From Candidatus Pacearchaeota archaeon (lineage in GTDB: Archaea; Nanobdellota; Nanobdellia; Pacearchaeales; GW2011-AR1): DNA of 64,000 nt. A program made the translations under genes and the position numbers. The notes beneath the pieces were generated by a model. It saw only the letters and a program-made list of their open reading frames with translations, was not told where the DNA came from and made no database searches. Numbering within the stretch: position 1 is the first letter of the stretch; each line of letters starts with the position of its first letter. The stretch lies in NCBI GenBank assembly GCA_018303755.1, contig JAGVXO010000007.1, forward strand, positions 295-64,294, given 5' to 3'. Positions 30,025 through 39,704 of this stretch are shown piece after piece.

Positions 30025-30831
30025 ATGAATAGAAATTTAGTGATTGGACTTTCTGTTACTTTAGTTGCTGTTTTAATTGCAGGAAGCTTGAGCGGATGGT
30101 TTGGATTGACTGGAAACGTAATTTGGGGAAGTTCTCCCTATGCTGATAAGATTGCAAAATTAGGGAAAACATATACTCTAAATTTAGAAGGGAGTAGTCA
30201 TACATTTTTAGTTACCGATTATCAGAGAGAAAATTCTACTTCTGTAGGGTTTATCTGGTTAAATGTGGATGGAGAACTAAAAAAGGTAAGTTATGGGACA
30301 TCTGCTGTTAGATTTTGGGATAATATTGACGTGCAGATTTTACAGTTTTACAATTGGGCAGGAAGTTTTGTTCAAATAAGGTTTTTTTATCTTTACCCTG
30401 AATATACTGATATGAATGATTGTAGGTGGGAATATAATACTTATGATAATGAGTATCTCCCAGAATCTCGGGCGGTAATTTGCAGATATGGTGAAGAAGT
30501 ATTAGTCTCAACCGAATTTGTCACTTGTGATACTCCAAGGTTGGTTGAAACATGGAACTATTGGTGGCCTGGATTTAAAGGTGCACCAACCTTTGGAAGA
30601 GGGTATACTTGTTATGACTCTTCTTCAAATACTGTTTTTAAGCCAGGGTATGTATCTGGAGTATGTTGTAAAGTAAGAAGTACAAATGGATCTCCAGGAG
30701 TAATCTCTTCATTGAAGTCTGGTGCTGAAAATGGAGAAATCTTGGCAAAGGTAAATCAATTGACTTCAGATAATAAAATAATAGAAAGAGATTTAACTTC
30801 TGAAGAAATAGAAGTGACTTTATCTGCTTAA
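30025..30831 (+). CDS. secreted/surface protein (TGN-motif signal anchor, Cys-rich)
   Basis: same TGAAAGGAGGTGATAAAATG start as the 15386 gene; TM then LTGNVI; GVCC. Confidence 0.75.
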   Translation: MNRNLVIGLSVTLVAVLIAGSLSGWFGLTGNVIWGSSPYADKIAKLGKTYTLNLEGSSHTFLVTDYQRENSTSVGFIWLNVDGELKKVSYGTSAVRFWDNIDVQILQFYNWAGSFVQIRFFYLYPEYTDMNDCRWEYNTYDNEYLPESRAVICRYGEEVLVSTEFVTCDTPRLVETWNYWWPGFKGAPTFGRGYTCYDSSSNTVFKPGYVSGVCCKVRSTNGSPGVISSLKSGAENGEILAKVNQLTSDNKIIERDLTSEEIEVTLSA

Positions 30832-30928
30832 GCAATTTATTTTTTATTTTCTTTTTATTTTCTTTTTTCAATACCTTTATTAATTCTTTTTTTCTTATTT
30901 CTATAAGGAATAAGTGAAAGAGGGAATA

Positions 30929-33130
30929 ATGGCGGATGTTAATGAGATTTTAAAAAAGTATGGGGGCAAGCTTTCAGAGGGGATTAATGAAGAGTATAAA
31001 TCCGGGGATATAAGCAAAGAGTATATACATTTCAAACAGGATATGATGCCACAGCTTTCAAGATATGAAAAGCTTGCAAAGACGTTTTCTCTTTTAAAAC
31101 TTAAAATGGGAAAAAAGAGCGAGGAGAGAATGAAGAAAAATCTTGATTCTGCGCATCTTGACTTGACTCCTTCTGATGTTGCGACTTTTTCTTTTTTTTC
31201 TGCAGTAATGGTTTTTATGCTCGGACTTGTAATTTATGTTGTTGTTTATATGAATACAGATGAACTTTCTGGCGCAAATGGATTATTTTTAGCGCTTATG
31301 TTTATTGCATCTCTTTTTGTTTTTTATTTTGTATATACCTCTCCTGAAAGAATGGCGAATATGTGGAGATTAAAAGCTGGTTCGCAAATGGTGCCGTGCA
31401 TACTTTATATTGTAGTTTATATGAAGCACACTTCAAATTTGGAAAGAGCAATACATTTTGCATCTCAGAATTTAAAAGCGCCTCTTTCGCTTGATTTGAA
31501 AAAGATTTTCTGGGATGTGGAAACTGGGAGATTCAGCACAATAAAAGAGAGTTTGGATAATTATCTTAAAACATGGGAAAAATACAGCATTGAATTTGTC
31601 GAGGCATTTCATCTTATTGAGAGCAGTTTGTATGAGTCGTCTGAATTAAGAAGAATTCAGATACTTGAAAAATCACTGCAGGTGATTCTTGACGGGGTTT
31701 ATGAAAAGATGCAGTCCTTTTCACGAGAAGTCCGCGGACCTTTGACAAATGTTTATATGCTGGGAGTTGTTCTGCCGACACTTGCGCTTGCACTTCTTCC
31801 TCTTGCTTCGACACTTTTAGGAGGAGTTATAAAAGTTTATCATGTGTTTATACTTTTCAATCTTATTGTTCCTTTTCTTGTGTTTTATATGACTAACAGC
31901 ATTATGCTTAAGCGTCCAGGAGGACATGGAGAGAGCGAGATTTTAGAAATGAATCCTGACTATCCTAAATATAAAAGCAAAAAACCATATTTTATTGCAG
32001 CATTATTTGCAGTTCCATTATTAATTATTGGCTTGATGCCATTGTTTTTTCAATGGGCTTGGTTTGTGCAGACATTTAATCTTGCTCCTGATTATAATCT
32101 TGGAGTTTTAGGCGGGAATTTTGAAGGAGCAGTTATGTTTGATTATAAAAATGCTGATTTAAGTTCTGGAAGCTCGATAATGACACTTGCAGAGCTTAAT
32201 TCTGCAAAAAATATTGCAGGGCCTTTTGGAATTGGCGCGCTTATTCTAAGCTTGTTTGTTCCTCTTTCTGTATGCCTTTTTTTTGCTATTTCTTTTTCTA
32301 TTAAAACAAAAGAGATGATAAAGGCAAGAAAAAATACACAGGAGCTTGAGAAAGAATTTACAAACTCGCTTTTTCAGCTTGGAAACAGGATTGGCGACGG
32401 GCTTCCTGCTGAAGTTGCATTTGCAAGAGTTGCAGAATCAACACGCGGACAGAGAACAGCAGAATTTTTTAGAAAGGTGAATCTTAATCTTCAGCAGTCA
32501 GGAATGTCACTTGAAAACTCTATTTTTCATCCGCGCAATGGGGCAATAATCTTCTTTCCATCACAGCTTATTGCTACGAGTATGAAAATTCTTGTTGAAT
32601 CAGTCAAGAAAGGGCTGAAAATTGCAGCACAGAGTTTAATGAGTATTTCAGAATATCTGAAAAATATAAATAAAGTTGAAGACAGGATGAAGGATTTGCT
32701 TGCAGAGGTTACAAGTGATATGAAAAGCAATATGGTATTTTTGGCGCCTCTTCTTGCAGGAATTGTTGTCGGACTTGCTGGTATGATTACTTCTATAATA
32801 AACAAACTGACTCTTCTAATAGATTCTATGGCTTCTGGACAGGAGATTCCCGGATTTGGAAATATTTCAAATATTGTAAATCTCTTTGAAATAACTAAAA
32901 TGGTTCCGCCTTATTATCTGCAGATTGCAATAGGAATTTATCTTATCGAGATTATTTTTATTCTTACAAAGGTTCTTGTTACAATTGATTCAGGAGAGGA
33001 CAAGTTAAGCACAACAAACAGAATTGGAAAGAATCTTTACACGGGATTATTCCTTTATTTTGTTGTGACTCTTGCAGCAGTCATTACTCTTTATATTCTT
33101 GCAACTGTTTCTTTGGGCGCGATTGGGTGA
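30929..33130 (+). CDS. TadC/ArlJ-like pilus inner-membrane platform protein (two T2SSF domains)
   Basis: MKHTSNLERA, LFQLGNRIGDGLPAEVAF, LAPLLAGIVVGL; multiple TMs; follows the ATPase. Confidence 0.88.
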   Translation: MADVNEILKKYGGKLSEGINEEYKSGDISKEYIHFKQDMMPQLSRYEKLAKTFSLLKLKMGKKSEERMKKNLDSAHLDLTPSDVATFSFFSAVMVFMLGLVIYVVVYMNTDELSGANGLFLALMFIASLFVFYFVYTSPERMANMWRLKAGSQMVPCILYIVVYMKHTSNLERAIHFASQNLKAPLSLDLKKIFWDVETGRFSTIKESLDNYLKTWEKYSIEFVEAFHLIESSLYESSELRRIQILEKSLQVILDGVYEKMQSFSREVRGPLTNVYMLGVVLPTLALALLPLASTLLGGVIKVYHVFILFNLIVPFLVFYMTNSIMLKRPGGHGESEILEMNPDYPKYKSKKPYFIAALFAVPLLIIGLMPLFFQWAWFVQTFNLAPDYNLGVLGGNFEGAVMFDYKNADLSSGSSIMTLAELNSAKNIAGPFGIGALILSLFVPLSVCLFFAISFSIKTKEMIKARKNTQELEKEFTNSLFQLGNRIGDGLPAEVAFARVAESTRGQRTAEFFRKVNLNLQQSGMSLENSIFHPRNGAIIFFPSQLIATSMKILVESVKKGLKIAAQSLMSISEYLKNINKVEDRMKDLLAEVTSDMKSNMVFLAPLLAGIVVGLAGMITSIINKLTLLIDSMASGQEIPGFGNISNIVNLFEITKMVPPYYLQIAIGIYLIEIIFILTKVLVTIDSGEDKLSTTNRIGKNLYTGLFLYFVVTLAAVITLYILATVSLGAIG

Positions 33131-33148
33131 TTTTTTCTGTTATTTTCT

Positions 33149-33536
33149 TTAAACACACTATAACTTTTCCTTATTTAACATCTTTTCATCTCACTTTTTT
33201 CTTAATATTATTAAAACAATCCAAAGGACAAATGTATCAATGGAGTCAGATTTGCAGAATAAAATAGGCGAGGCGAAGCCGAGCACAATATTTATTTTGT
33301 TAATATCCAATAATTTTCCCACATTTTACATCTTTTTAATTGCCTTTTTATTTTTTTAATTAGATTTTGATTTAATGCATTTAAACTTTATAAAAACCAA
33401 TGTATCAACGGATTAGGGGTTAGCAGAATAAAACGCGCGCCCGCAGGCGCGCGTTATCTCTCTATTAAACGAGCGAGGCGGAGCCGAGCGAAAATCGTGG
33501 GGTCGCAGGGCGAGCGAACCGAAGGTGAGCGAGCCG
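33149..33536 (+). repeat. two tandem family A units with a cluster of GA/GNA hairpins
   Basis: units at ~33149 and ~33299; GCGAGGCGAAGCCGAGC, GCGCGCCCGCAGGCGCGC, GGCGAGCGAACCGAAGGTGAGCGAGCC. Confidence 0.88.
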
Positions 33537-33605
33537 TTATACTCTTCAGAAAGCCGTAGTTTAATTCAGAGATACATTTATTAATTATTCTTTGTTAATT
33601 GAATT

Positions 33606-33770
33606 ATGGTGGAAAGAGAGGATAAACGGGGCTTTGAAATGGATTTTCTTGCGTGGACTTTGCTTGCAATTGCAACTGTTGCAGTTGTTGTGATTATTTA
33701 TCTGGGCATTATCGGAAGACTTGATGGAATAGTTGAATATATAAAAAATGTTTTTACTTTTGGAATATGA
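33606..33770 (+). CDS. minimal Flp-like pilin (54 aa; not in the ORF track)
   Basis: MVEREDKRG|FEMDFLAWTLLAIATVAVVVIIYLGIIGRLDGIVEYIKNVFTFGI; ATGA overlap with the next gene. Confidence 0.75.
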   Translation: MVEREDKRGFEMDFLAWTLLAIATVAVVVIIYLGIIGRLDGIVEYIKNVFTFGI

Positions 33771-35065
33771 GGAAACTAAGTAAATCCGGAAAAAGAGGAG
33801 AGTTATCAAGCGACAAATTGCTTACAGTAATTCTTATTATAGTAACTTTGGCACTTGCATTTTATTTTTTGTTTGTGAGAAGCGAAATTAAAAGCCTGAT
33901 TAATATTTTTCCAGATTATACTCCAGGAGGAAATAACGAGATTGTTGTTGAAGAGGGAAGCCAGGTTGACAGCAACTGTGTAAATATTGGTGCTGTGCAA
34001 GTTGATAAAAGTAATTCTAAAGAATATCTTGTTGCAGTCAAACAGAATTTACAGAGTGATAGTTATAACTACCTTGGATTAAAGTATGATGAAAGTACAG
34101 AAACAATAATTTATCCAGTTAAATATTACAGCAAGCATAAAGGGTTTTCAGATATAACTGTTGGAAAAATTGAAGATTCAATAAATAAAGATGGAGAGAA
34201 AGAGAAAAGATTTATTGCAGATAAAAATATGTTTGATGCAAATTCCTTTATTCAAAGCCAAATTGCATTTCAACACGTTTTATCAGGGGTTATAAATCCT
34301 GAAGTTAAACAACAGGGGCTTGCTTATCAGTTATGGACTCTAAATAATGCAAAAGTTTCTTTGAAAGCAGTTTCATCTGATAATGTTTTATTCTTTTTGT
34401 GCAAGAGCAAAGATGAAATTAAGCCCTTGGAATATGTTCCAAGCAAAGTTGATGAAAATGCGCGGGTTTTGAGTTTGAAAGAAATTAATCCAAAATCAAT
34501 TCCAAGTAAGGGAACTATTTGGAATTTGTGGAATTTATTTTCACCTGGAAATCTTTTAGGATATGAAATTGTTTTGCCTTATGATGTTCATTCTAGGGGG
34601 GTTAGAGAATTATCTCAAGAGGATTTAAATTGGGTTAGGAATTATAAAATGTATAAAATTGAGAACTATCTTTTTGTAGGATATACGGATATTCCAGACT
34701 ATATGGCTGAACAATTTGCAAGGAAAGGGATTGGGTTTGATTTTAATGCTGCCACAGTTAGCAATTATTTTCCATTTACTAAGAGTTTTGTGCCTGTTGC
34801 ATTTATATTTCCTGACGGTTCTGTTTGGTTTTATAAAAGTTATTATGATGTTTTTATTGATGAATATAAAGTGATTATTAATGAAAATTTCTTTCTTAAA
34901 GGGGGTTATGCTCCTCACAAAACATTTTCTGGAGATATTGACTATCATTTTGGTTTTGAACCTGAACCAGGTGAAAAATATGGATTTCCTCGTGACTTTG
35001 TAAAATCAAATCTCCGCATAAGCCCTGAGGATTTTAAACTTCTGCATGATGGAATTGGAAAATGA
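33767..35065 (+). CDS. large class III signal-peptide protein (minor pilin/adhesin candidate)
   Basis: GKRG|ELSSDKLLTVILIIV. Confidence 0.75.
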   Translation: MRKLSKSGKRGELSSDKLLTVILIIVTLALAFYFLFVRSEIKSLINIFPDYTPGGNNEIVVEEGSQVDSNCVNIGAVQVDKSNSKEYLVAVKQNLQSDSYNYLGLKYDESTETIIYPVKYYSKHKGFSDITVGKIEDSINKDGEKEKRFIADKNMFDANSFIQSQIAFQHVLSGVINPEVKQQGLAYQLWTLNNAKVSLKAVSSDNVLFFLCKSKDEIKPLEYVPSKVDENARVLSLKEINPKSIPSKGTIWNLWNLFSPGNLLGYEIVLPYDVHSRGVRELSQEDLNWVRNYKMYKIENYLFVGYTDIPDYMAEQFARKGIGFDFNAATVSNYFPFTKSFVPVAFIFPDGSVWFYKSYYDVFIDEYKVIINENFFLKGGYAPHKTFSGDIDYHFGFEPEPGEKYGFPRDFVKSNLRISPEDFKLLHDGIGK

Positions 35066-35766
35066 GGGAAATAAAATTTGATAGTGATAAAATGAAAAAA
35101 GGAAAATTTAAATTTGGTAATGGTGAAATAAGTAAAAAAGATAGAGGGGATAAAAAAGCAATTCTCCTGCCAGAGGCGCTGAAGATAATTATTGCACTTG
35201 CGTGCCTTGTTCTGCTGGGTTATCTTGCAGTCGATTTGTATTCTTTATTTGCGTCTGCAAACCAAAAACAGCAGGTAAAAGTTCATCTTGATAATCTCAT
35301 TGAACTTTCAAATACAATCAAAGATGGTGAAAGCAAGGAATATGTGCTTATTTATCCTAAGGGATGGGCATTGACAAGCTGGCCTGCAAAAGGATATATT
35401 GAAACTCACCCTCCAACAAGGGTTGGCAATGAGTATATTTCTGGAGACATAGAGCAGATTCCTTATGGAGAAGAAGATGTTCCGGCAATTTGCAAGCAAA
35501 GCAACTGGAAGAGATGCATTTGTTTTTGTGAATGGAGTAACAGCAAAAATTATCTTCTTTGGTGTGAAGGTGAAAATACTATTTGTGACAGTGCTGAAGG
35601 AAAAGAGATTTTTGTAAATCCGCAATTAGATGATAAATTTAGGGATGGATACAGGAATTATTTAGTTATAGCTGATCTTGTTGATATGAAAACATCAGTA
35701 GTTTTATCTGCAAAAGATAATCAGATAACAATTAAACCTTCTGGTAAACCTGCAAAAATTGAATAA
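35062..35766 (+). CDS. class III signal-peptide pilin-like protein
   Basis: DKKA|ILLPEALKIIIAL; CICFC cluster. Confidence 0.75.
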   Translation: MREIKFDSDKMKKGKFKFGNGEISKKDRGDKKAILLPEALKIIIALACLVLLGYLAVDLYSLFASANQKQQVKVHLDNLIELSNTIKDGESKEYVLIYPKGWALTSWPAKGYIETHPPTRVGNEYISGDIEQIPYGEEDVPAICKQSNWKRCICFCEWSNSKNYLLWCEGENTICDSAEGKEIFVNPQLDDKFRDGYRNYLVIADLVDMKTSVVLSAKDNQITIKPSGKPAKIE

Positions 35767-35786
35767 ATTAATAATGGAGAATAAAA

Positions 35787-35900
35787 ATGCCTGAAAATCT
35801 GCCAATGGAAAATGTTGTGAGAATTTTATTCTGGATAATTTTGTTTATTTTTCTTGGGATAGGGGTTTATCTGATTTATAAAGGACTGACGAACGTATAA
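35787..35900 (+). CDS. 37 aa single-TM microprotein
   Basis: MPENLPMENVVRILFWIILFIFLGIGVYLIYKGLTNV fills the gap in the pilin operon. Confidence 0.55.
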   Translation: MPENLPMENVVRILFWIILFIFLGIGVYLIYKGLTNV

Positions 35901-35929
35901 TATAAAAACTCTATTTTATTTGTTTTATA

Positions 35930-36976
35930 ATGGTGCAAAATACCAAGAAAAGAGGCGAGATTTCAATGTCTTTTGTTGCAGGAATTGTTCTTCTGCTTAT
36001 TGGCTTTGGAATTTTATTTTTATTTTATCAGTCTTTGTATAAAGCAGTTGACATTAATAGAACTGCGTGCCATACTTCTGTTATTGGAAGGGCAACGCTT
36101 CCTGCTCTGGCACAGGGATATGTTCCTCTTAAATGCACAACTGCAAAAATATGCATTACTGGAAAGAAAAGCGAGAAATGTGAAGAATTTCTTAACAGCG
36201 AAAGCGTTACAACTGCAGTAGTCAAAAATAGTCCAGAAGGAATTAATCAGATACAGGCAATTTATGCAAATGAAATTATAAGTTGCTGGGCAGCAATGGG
36301 AGAGGGCAGAGTTGATGTTTTTCCTGATTATGTTCAATCACAATTAGGGCTTGGAAATAATGAGCCTGGATGTGTAATCTGCTCGAGGATTGCAATAGAT
36401 AAAGATAGTTTAAATCAGGTGGATTTTTCTAAAATGGACCTTGTCAAATATATGGATAGTCATACTCTTCCTGGAAAAAAAGAGACTTATGTAGAGTATC
36501 TTTCTAAAAATAAAAATGCAGCGCCTGTAAGAATTGGAGAGGATGTACAAATTGTTGATGCAGAAGGAAATATTATTGATAGTGATGATAAATGGAATAA
36601 TAATAAAGAAGCTGAATACGAAGAAACAGCAATTTTATTTGCTCAGCTTAGTGATACTCCTGGCTATTTTGAGGGTCCTTTAAATGGTTTAAAGACTATT
36701 TTTAAGGGAGCTACTATTTCAACAGTTATTTCTCCTTTGGCTACTGTTTATATTGGAAAGACGATTATAACCGAACCTCTCGCATGGGTAGCGATTTTGG
36801 TTGCAGGAGGATATCAAGAATATTCAATTTATAAAAATCGTGCATTCAGCGCAGGATATTGCGGGGATGTTCAGTCAGCAGATAAAGATAAAACTGGGTG
36901 CTCTGCTATTAGAACCGTGCATTATAATGCTCCAGAGATATTAGAGTATTGTGGCACGATTGAAAGTATAGGATAG
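35930..36976 (+). CDS. class III signal-peptide Cys-rich pilin-like protein
   Basis: KKRG|EISMSFVAGIVLL; CHTSV, PLKCTT, CWAAMGEG, CVICSRI. Confidence 0.78.
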   Translation: MVQNTKKRGEISMSFVAGIVLLLIGFGILFLFYQSLYKAVDINRTACHTSVIGRATLPALAQGYVPLKCTTAKICITGKKSEKCEEFLNSESVTTAVVKNSPEGINQIQAIYANEIISCWAAMGEGRVDVFPDYVQSQLGLGNNEPGCVICSRIAIDKDSLNQVDFSKMDLVKYMDSHTLPGKKETYVEYLSKNKNAAPVRIGEDVQIVDAEGNIIDSDDKWNNNKEAEYEETAILFAQLSDTPGYFEGPLNGLKTIFKGATISTVISPLATVYIGKTIITEPLAWVAILVAGGYQEYSIYKNRAFSAGYCGDVQSADKDKTGCSAIRTVHYNAPEILEYCGTIESIG

Positions 36977-37000
36977 TTATAAATTTTAATTTGTTGTGAA

Positions 37001-37447
37001 ATGAATAAAAAAGGTGAAGAGTTGGTTATTGAACAGGTTATTTTTATAGTTTTGAATATCGTGTTTGTGGGTTTGCTTTTAGCATTTGCTTATAAGACAT
37101 CATCTTCTGCATTTACTTTTGAGCAGAGATATGCAAAAGAAATCGCGCTTCTTATTGACAGCACAGCAGACAATTCTGCACTGAAATTAGATGTTACAGA
37201 AGCATATGAAATTGCCAAAAAAAATAATATTCCAAAAGAGGAGATGATTGTTATTTCTGACAAAGAGGTTATTTTAAAACTTTCTGGAGAAAAAGGATAT
37301 GCTTATCCATATTTTCATAAAGTGAGCATAGATAAAATTGGCGGAATTTCTTATGAAGATAAAAAAGAGGATTCTGGAAATGAGCGAGTTTTTGTCAATA
37401 TAATTCTTGGAAATGCCGGAGGAGAAAATGAGAATGGTCAAGATTAA
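37001..37447 (+). CDS. class III signal-peptide pilin-like protein
   Basis: MNKKG|EELVIEQVIFIVL; YAKEIALLID. Confidence 0.78.
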   Translation: MNKKGEELVIEQVIFIVLNIVFVGLLLAFAYKTSSSAFTFEQRYAKEIALLIDSTADNSALKLDVTEAYEIAKKNNIPKEEMIVISDKEVILKLSGEKGYAYPYFHKVSIDKIGGISYEDKKEDSGNERVFVNIILGNAGGENENGQD

Positions 37448-37928
37448 TGGAAAAAGAGCAAATTTGCTTTCTGCGTGGTGGATACTTGTGATTATTATAA
37501 TTGGCAGCGGGCTCGTTGCAGGAACACTGTTATTCTTTTTCAATTATGCAAATGTCTCTCTTGCAGAATCAGAGATTTTGGCAAATAATCTTGCAAGATG
37601 TATTTTTGAAAAATCTGTGAATGCAAACGAAGTTTTAGATGAAAATACAGATTTTCTTAATGAGTGCAGTATTAATTCTGAGTTATTCACAGGAAGTTCA
37701 CGTTATTTTGTAAAGATAAATGTAGATTACTCTGATTCTGAAAGAACAGATTTTGTTAAAAAGTATGGTGCAAATGCCTATGAAAAGGATTGCGAAATAA
37801 CACATGCAAAAATAAAGACAAAATATTTCTCCCAGTGTGATATTAAAAAGATAAAAGTACCTGATGAAAAAGGCGGAGCTGATGTTGAAATTACTGCCTC
37901 TTCTAAATCTTCTGGGAGGCAGATATGA
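37428..37928 (+). CDS. class III signal-peptide pilin-like protein
   Basis: GKRA|NLLSAWWILVI. Confidence 0.72.
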   Translation: MRMVKINGKRANLLSAWWILVIIIIGSGLVAGTLLFFFNYANVSLAESEILANNLARCIFEKSVNANEVLDENTDFLNECSINSELFTGSSRYFVKINVDYSDSERTDFVKKYGANAYEKDCEITHAKIKTKYFSQCDIKKIKVPDEKGGADVEITASSKSSGRQI

Positions 37929-38560
37929 TAAGAAGCTTGATTAAAAATACGAGAGCACAAGTAGGAGACACTTTAACATGGATAGGCGTGACCATATTAA
38001 TAGTTTTTATAATGATGATTTTTTTGGCAGGAGTTGGATTTTTGTCATCTAAAAAATCAAGTGCTGAAGATGTGAGAGTTTATCCTGCTTCAGAGGAAAT
38101 TTTAATTGGGGATTATGAAACTGACTTGGTTATGATGAATTTTTTTCAGGAGCATAAAAAAGAGATTTTTGAGTGGGTAGATAATGCGCCGAGTTTTAAA
38201 TCTGCTGAAAATATGGAGGATTATTTTAATTTGCAGGATAATAGAGATAAGTATAAACTTTATGATAATTTAGGCAAGGCGTATGCAGGATTTATTTCTG
38301 ACAAAGGATTAGGAACACCGTATTTTTATATAAGAACTTCGGATAAAGAAATGTGGGCTATTTCAGAAGTTTTGAATCTGGAATTAAAATGGCTTTCAAA
38401 TAACAGAGAAAATATTTTTTTATTTAATTTTCAGCCAGGCTATGCTTACTCCTCAGGCACTGATTTGAATGCTCCGCGTTTTTTTGTTGTCACAGACAAA
38501 GGAACTCTTGCAATGATTGTTTTTGATTATGAAAGGGCGGGGAGGGTTGTTACAGGATGA
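37925..38560 (+). CDS. class III signal-peptide pilin-like protein
   Basis: NTRA|QVGDTLTWIGVTILI. Confidence 0.75.
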   Translation: MIRSLIKNTRAQVGDTLTWIGVTILIVFIMMIFLAGVGFLSSKKSSAEDVRVYPASEEILIGDYETDLVMMNFFQEHKKEIFEWVDNAPSFKSAENMEDYFNLQDNRDKYKLYDNLGKAYAGFISDKGLGTPYFYIRTSDKEMWAISEVLNLELKWLSNNRENIFLFNFQPGYAYSSGTDLNAPRFFVVTDKGTLAMIVFDYERAGRVVTG

Positions 38561-39099
38561 GCAGAGAGTTGTTAAAACAGAATAAAAAAGCAATGTCTAT
38601 TCCTTCAACACTTTTGGTATTTCTTGCTTTGTTTCTGGTTGTGACTTTTTTGTTTTATTTTTCAGCAGAAAATGCGAAAAGCGTGAAAAATATTATTTAT
38701 TCTGTTAAATTAACTTCAGATTTATATGAAAGAACAAATTTGATTACATTTTATGTTCAGGATGCTTTGGAAAGAGGCGTGAACTCTGTTGATGTTTCTG
38801 CGAATAATAAAGAAGAATTAATTGCTGAGAAAATGAAGGAAACCCTTGATAAATATAGGTATCCTGACGGGATACTTATTTTTCCAGAATTTGAAAAAAT
38901 TATTGGGCAGATAAGCGCAGAGAAGATTGTTATAATAAATGGTGTTGATGGAACTCCTGAAAAAGCAGAGATTGAACTTGAGATAAGCGCAAAGGGAGGA
39001 ATAAATAGTGGAATAGGAGATAATTATAAAGAAATTGCAAGTGTGGAGAATTTTTATAAAAAGAAATTCAGCACTGAATTTCTTAAAGCGGGCAAATAG
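38557..39099 (+). CDS. class III signal-peptide pilin-like protein
   Basis: NKKA|MSIPSTLLVFL. Confidence 0.72.
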   Translation: MSRELLKQNKKAMSIPSTLLVFLALFLVVTFLFYFSAENAKSVKNIIYSVKLTSDLYERTNLITFYVQDALERGVNSVDVSANNKEELIAEKMKETLDKYRYPDGILIFPEFEKIIGQISAEKIVIINGVDGTPEKAEIELEISAKGGINSGIGDNYKEIASVENFYKKKFSTEFLKAGK

Positions 39100-39159
39100 G
39101 ATTTATAAATAGGTTGAGAAACATTTATAAATATAATCCCACTTAATAAATAATAAAAG

Positions 39160-39660
39160 ATGGTGAAAATGAATAAAAAAGCGCAGGAGACATCTCTTCT
39201 TGTCTGGATTGTCGGAATTGCTGCTGTTGTTATAATTATCATATTCCTTGCAGGAGGATTTGGATTTTTAGGGGATATATTTAATGTAGCTCCTGGAAAA
39301 GCACTTGAAGTAAGATTGGAAGCATGCAAGCTTGCAGTTAATACAAATAATCCCACTTCATTCTGCAGATTTGATTTAATAAAAGTCCCTGGATACAGCA
39401 ATGAGATTTATGTAAATTGTGAGTTTAGTGATTTGGCTTCAGGATTAGCAGAAAATCCTGATGTGGATACAACTGCATTGACAGAAATTAAAAAAAGCTG
39501 TGTAAATTCTGATGTAGAACTTTGCATAAGAAATTATAAGGACGATATGGATAAATTTACTAAGATAATTATTAATGGAAAGACTTGTGAAAAGACAAAT
39601 AATGGTTTAGAATTTGGCGGTGTTTGTGACTTAGATGCGAAAACTTGTGGAAACCCTTAA
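39160..39660 (+). CDS. class III signal-peptide pilin (possible major pilin; own promoter)
   Basis: MNKKA|QETSLLVWIVGI; several Cys; TTTATAAA upstream. Confidence 0.75.
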   Translation: MVKMNKKAQETSLLVWIVGIAAVVIIIIFLAGGFGFLGDIFNVAPGKALEVRLEACKLAVNTNNPTSFCRFDLIKVPGYSNEIYVNCEFSDLASGLAENPDVDTTALTEIKKSCVNSDVELCIRNYKDDMDKFTKIIINGKTCEKTNNGLEFGGVCDLDAKTCGNP

Positions 39661-39704
39661 AATTTTAAAATAACTTTAAAAACAATCTTTTCTTTAATAT
39701 TAAA

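Noticed and set aside
26024-33130. Archaellum operon
   Set aside because: No recognisable archaellin, ArlH, ArlF or ArlG.
33149-33536. CRISPR array interpretation of the tandem repeats
   Set aside because: Units are ~140-250 bp, divergent and dispersed; there is no constant 25-45 bp repeat with regular spacers and no cas gene.
30025-39660. Diversity-generating retroelement
   Set aside because: No reverse transcriptase, and no TR/VR pair with adenine-specific mismatches was seen.
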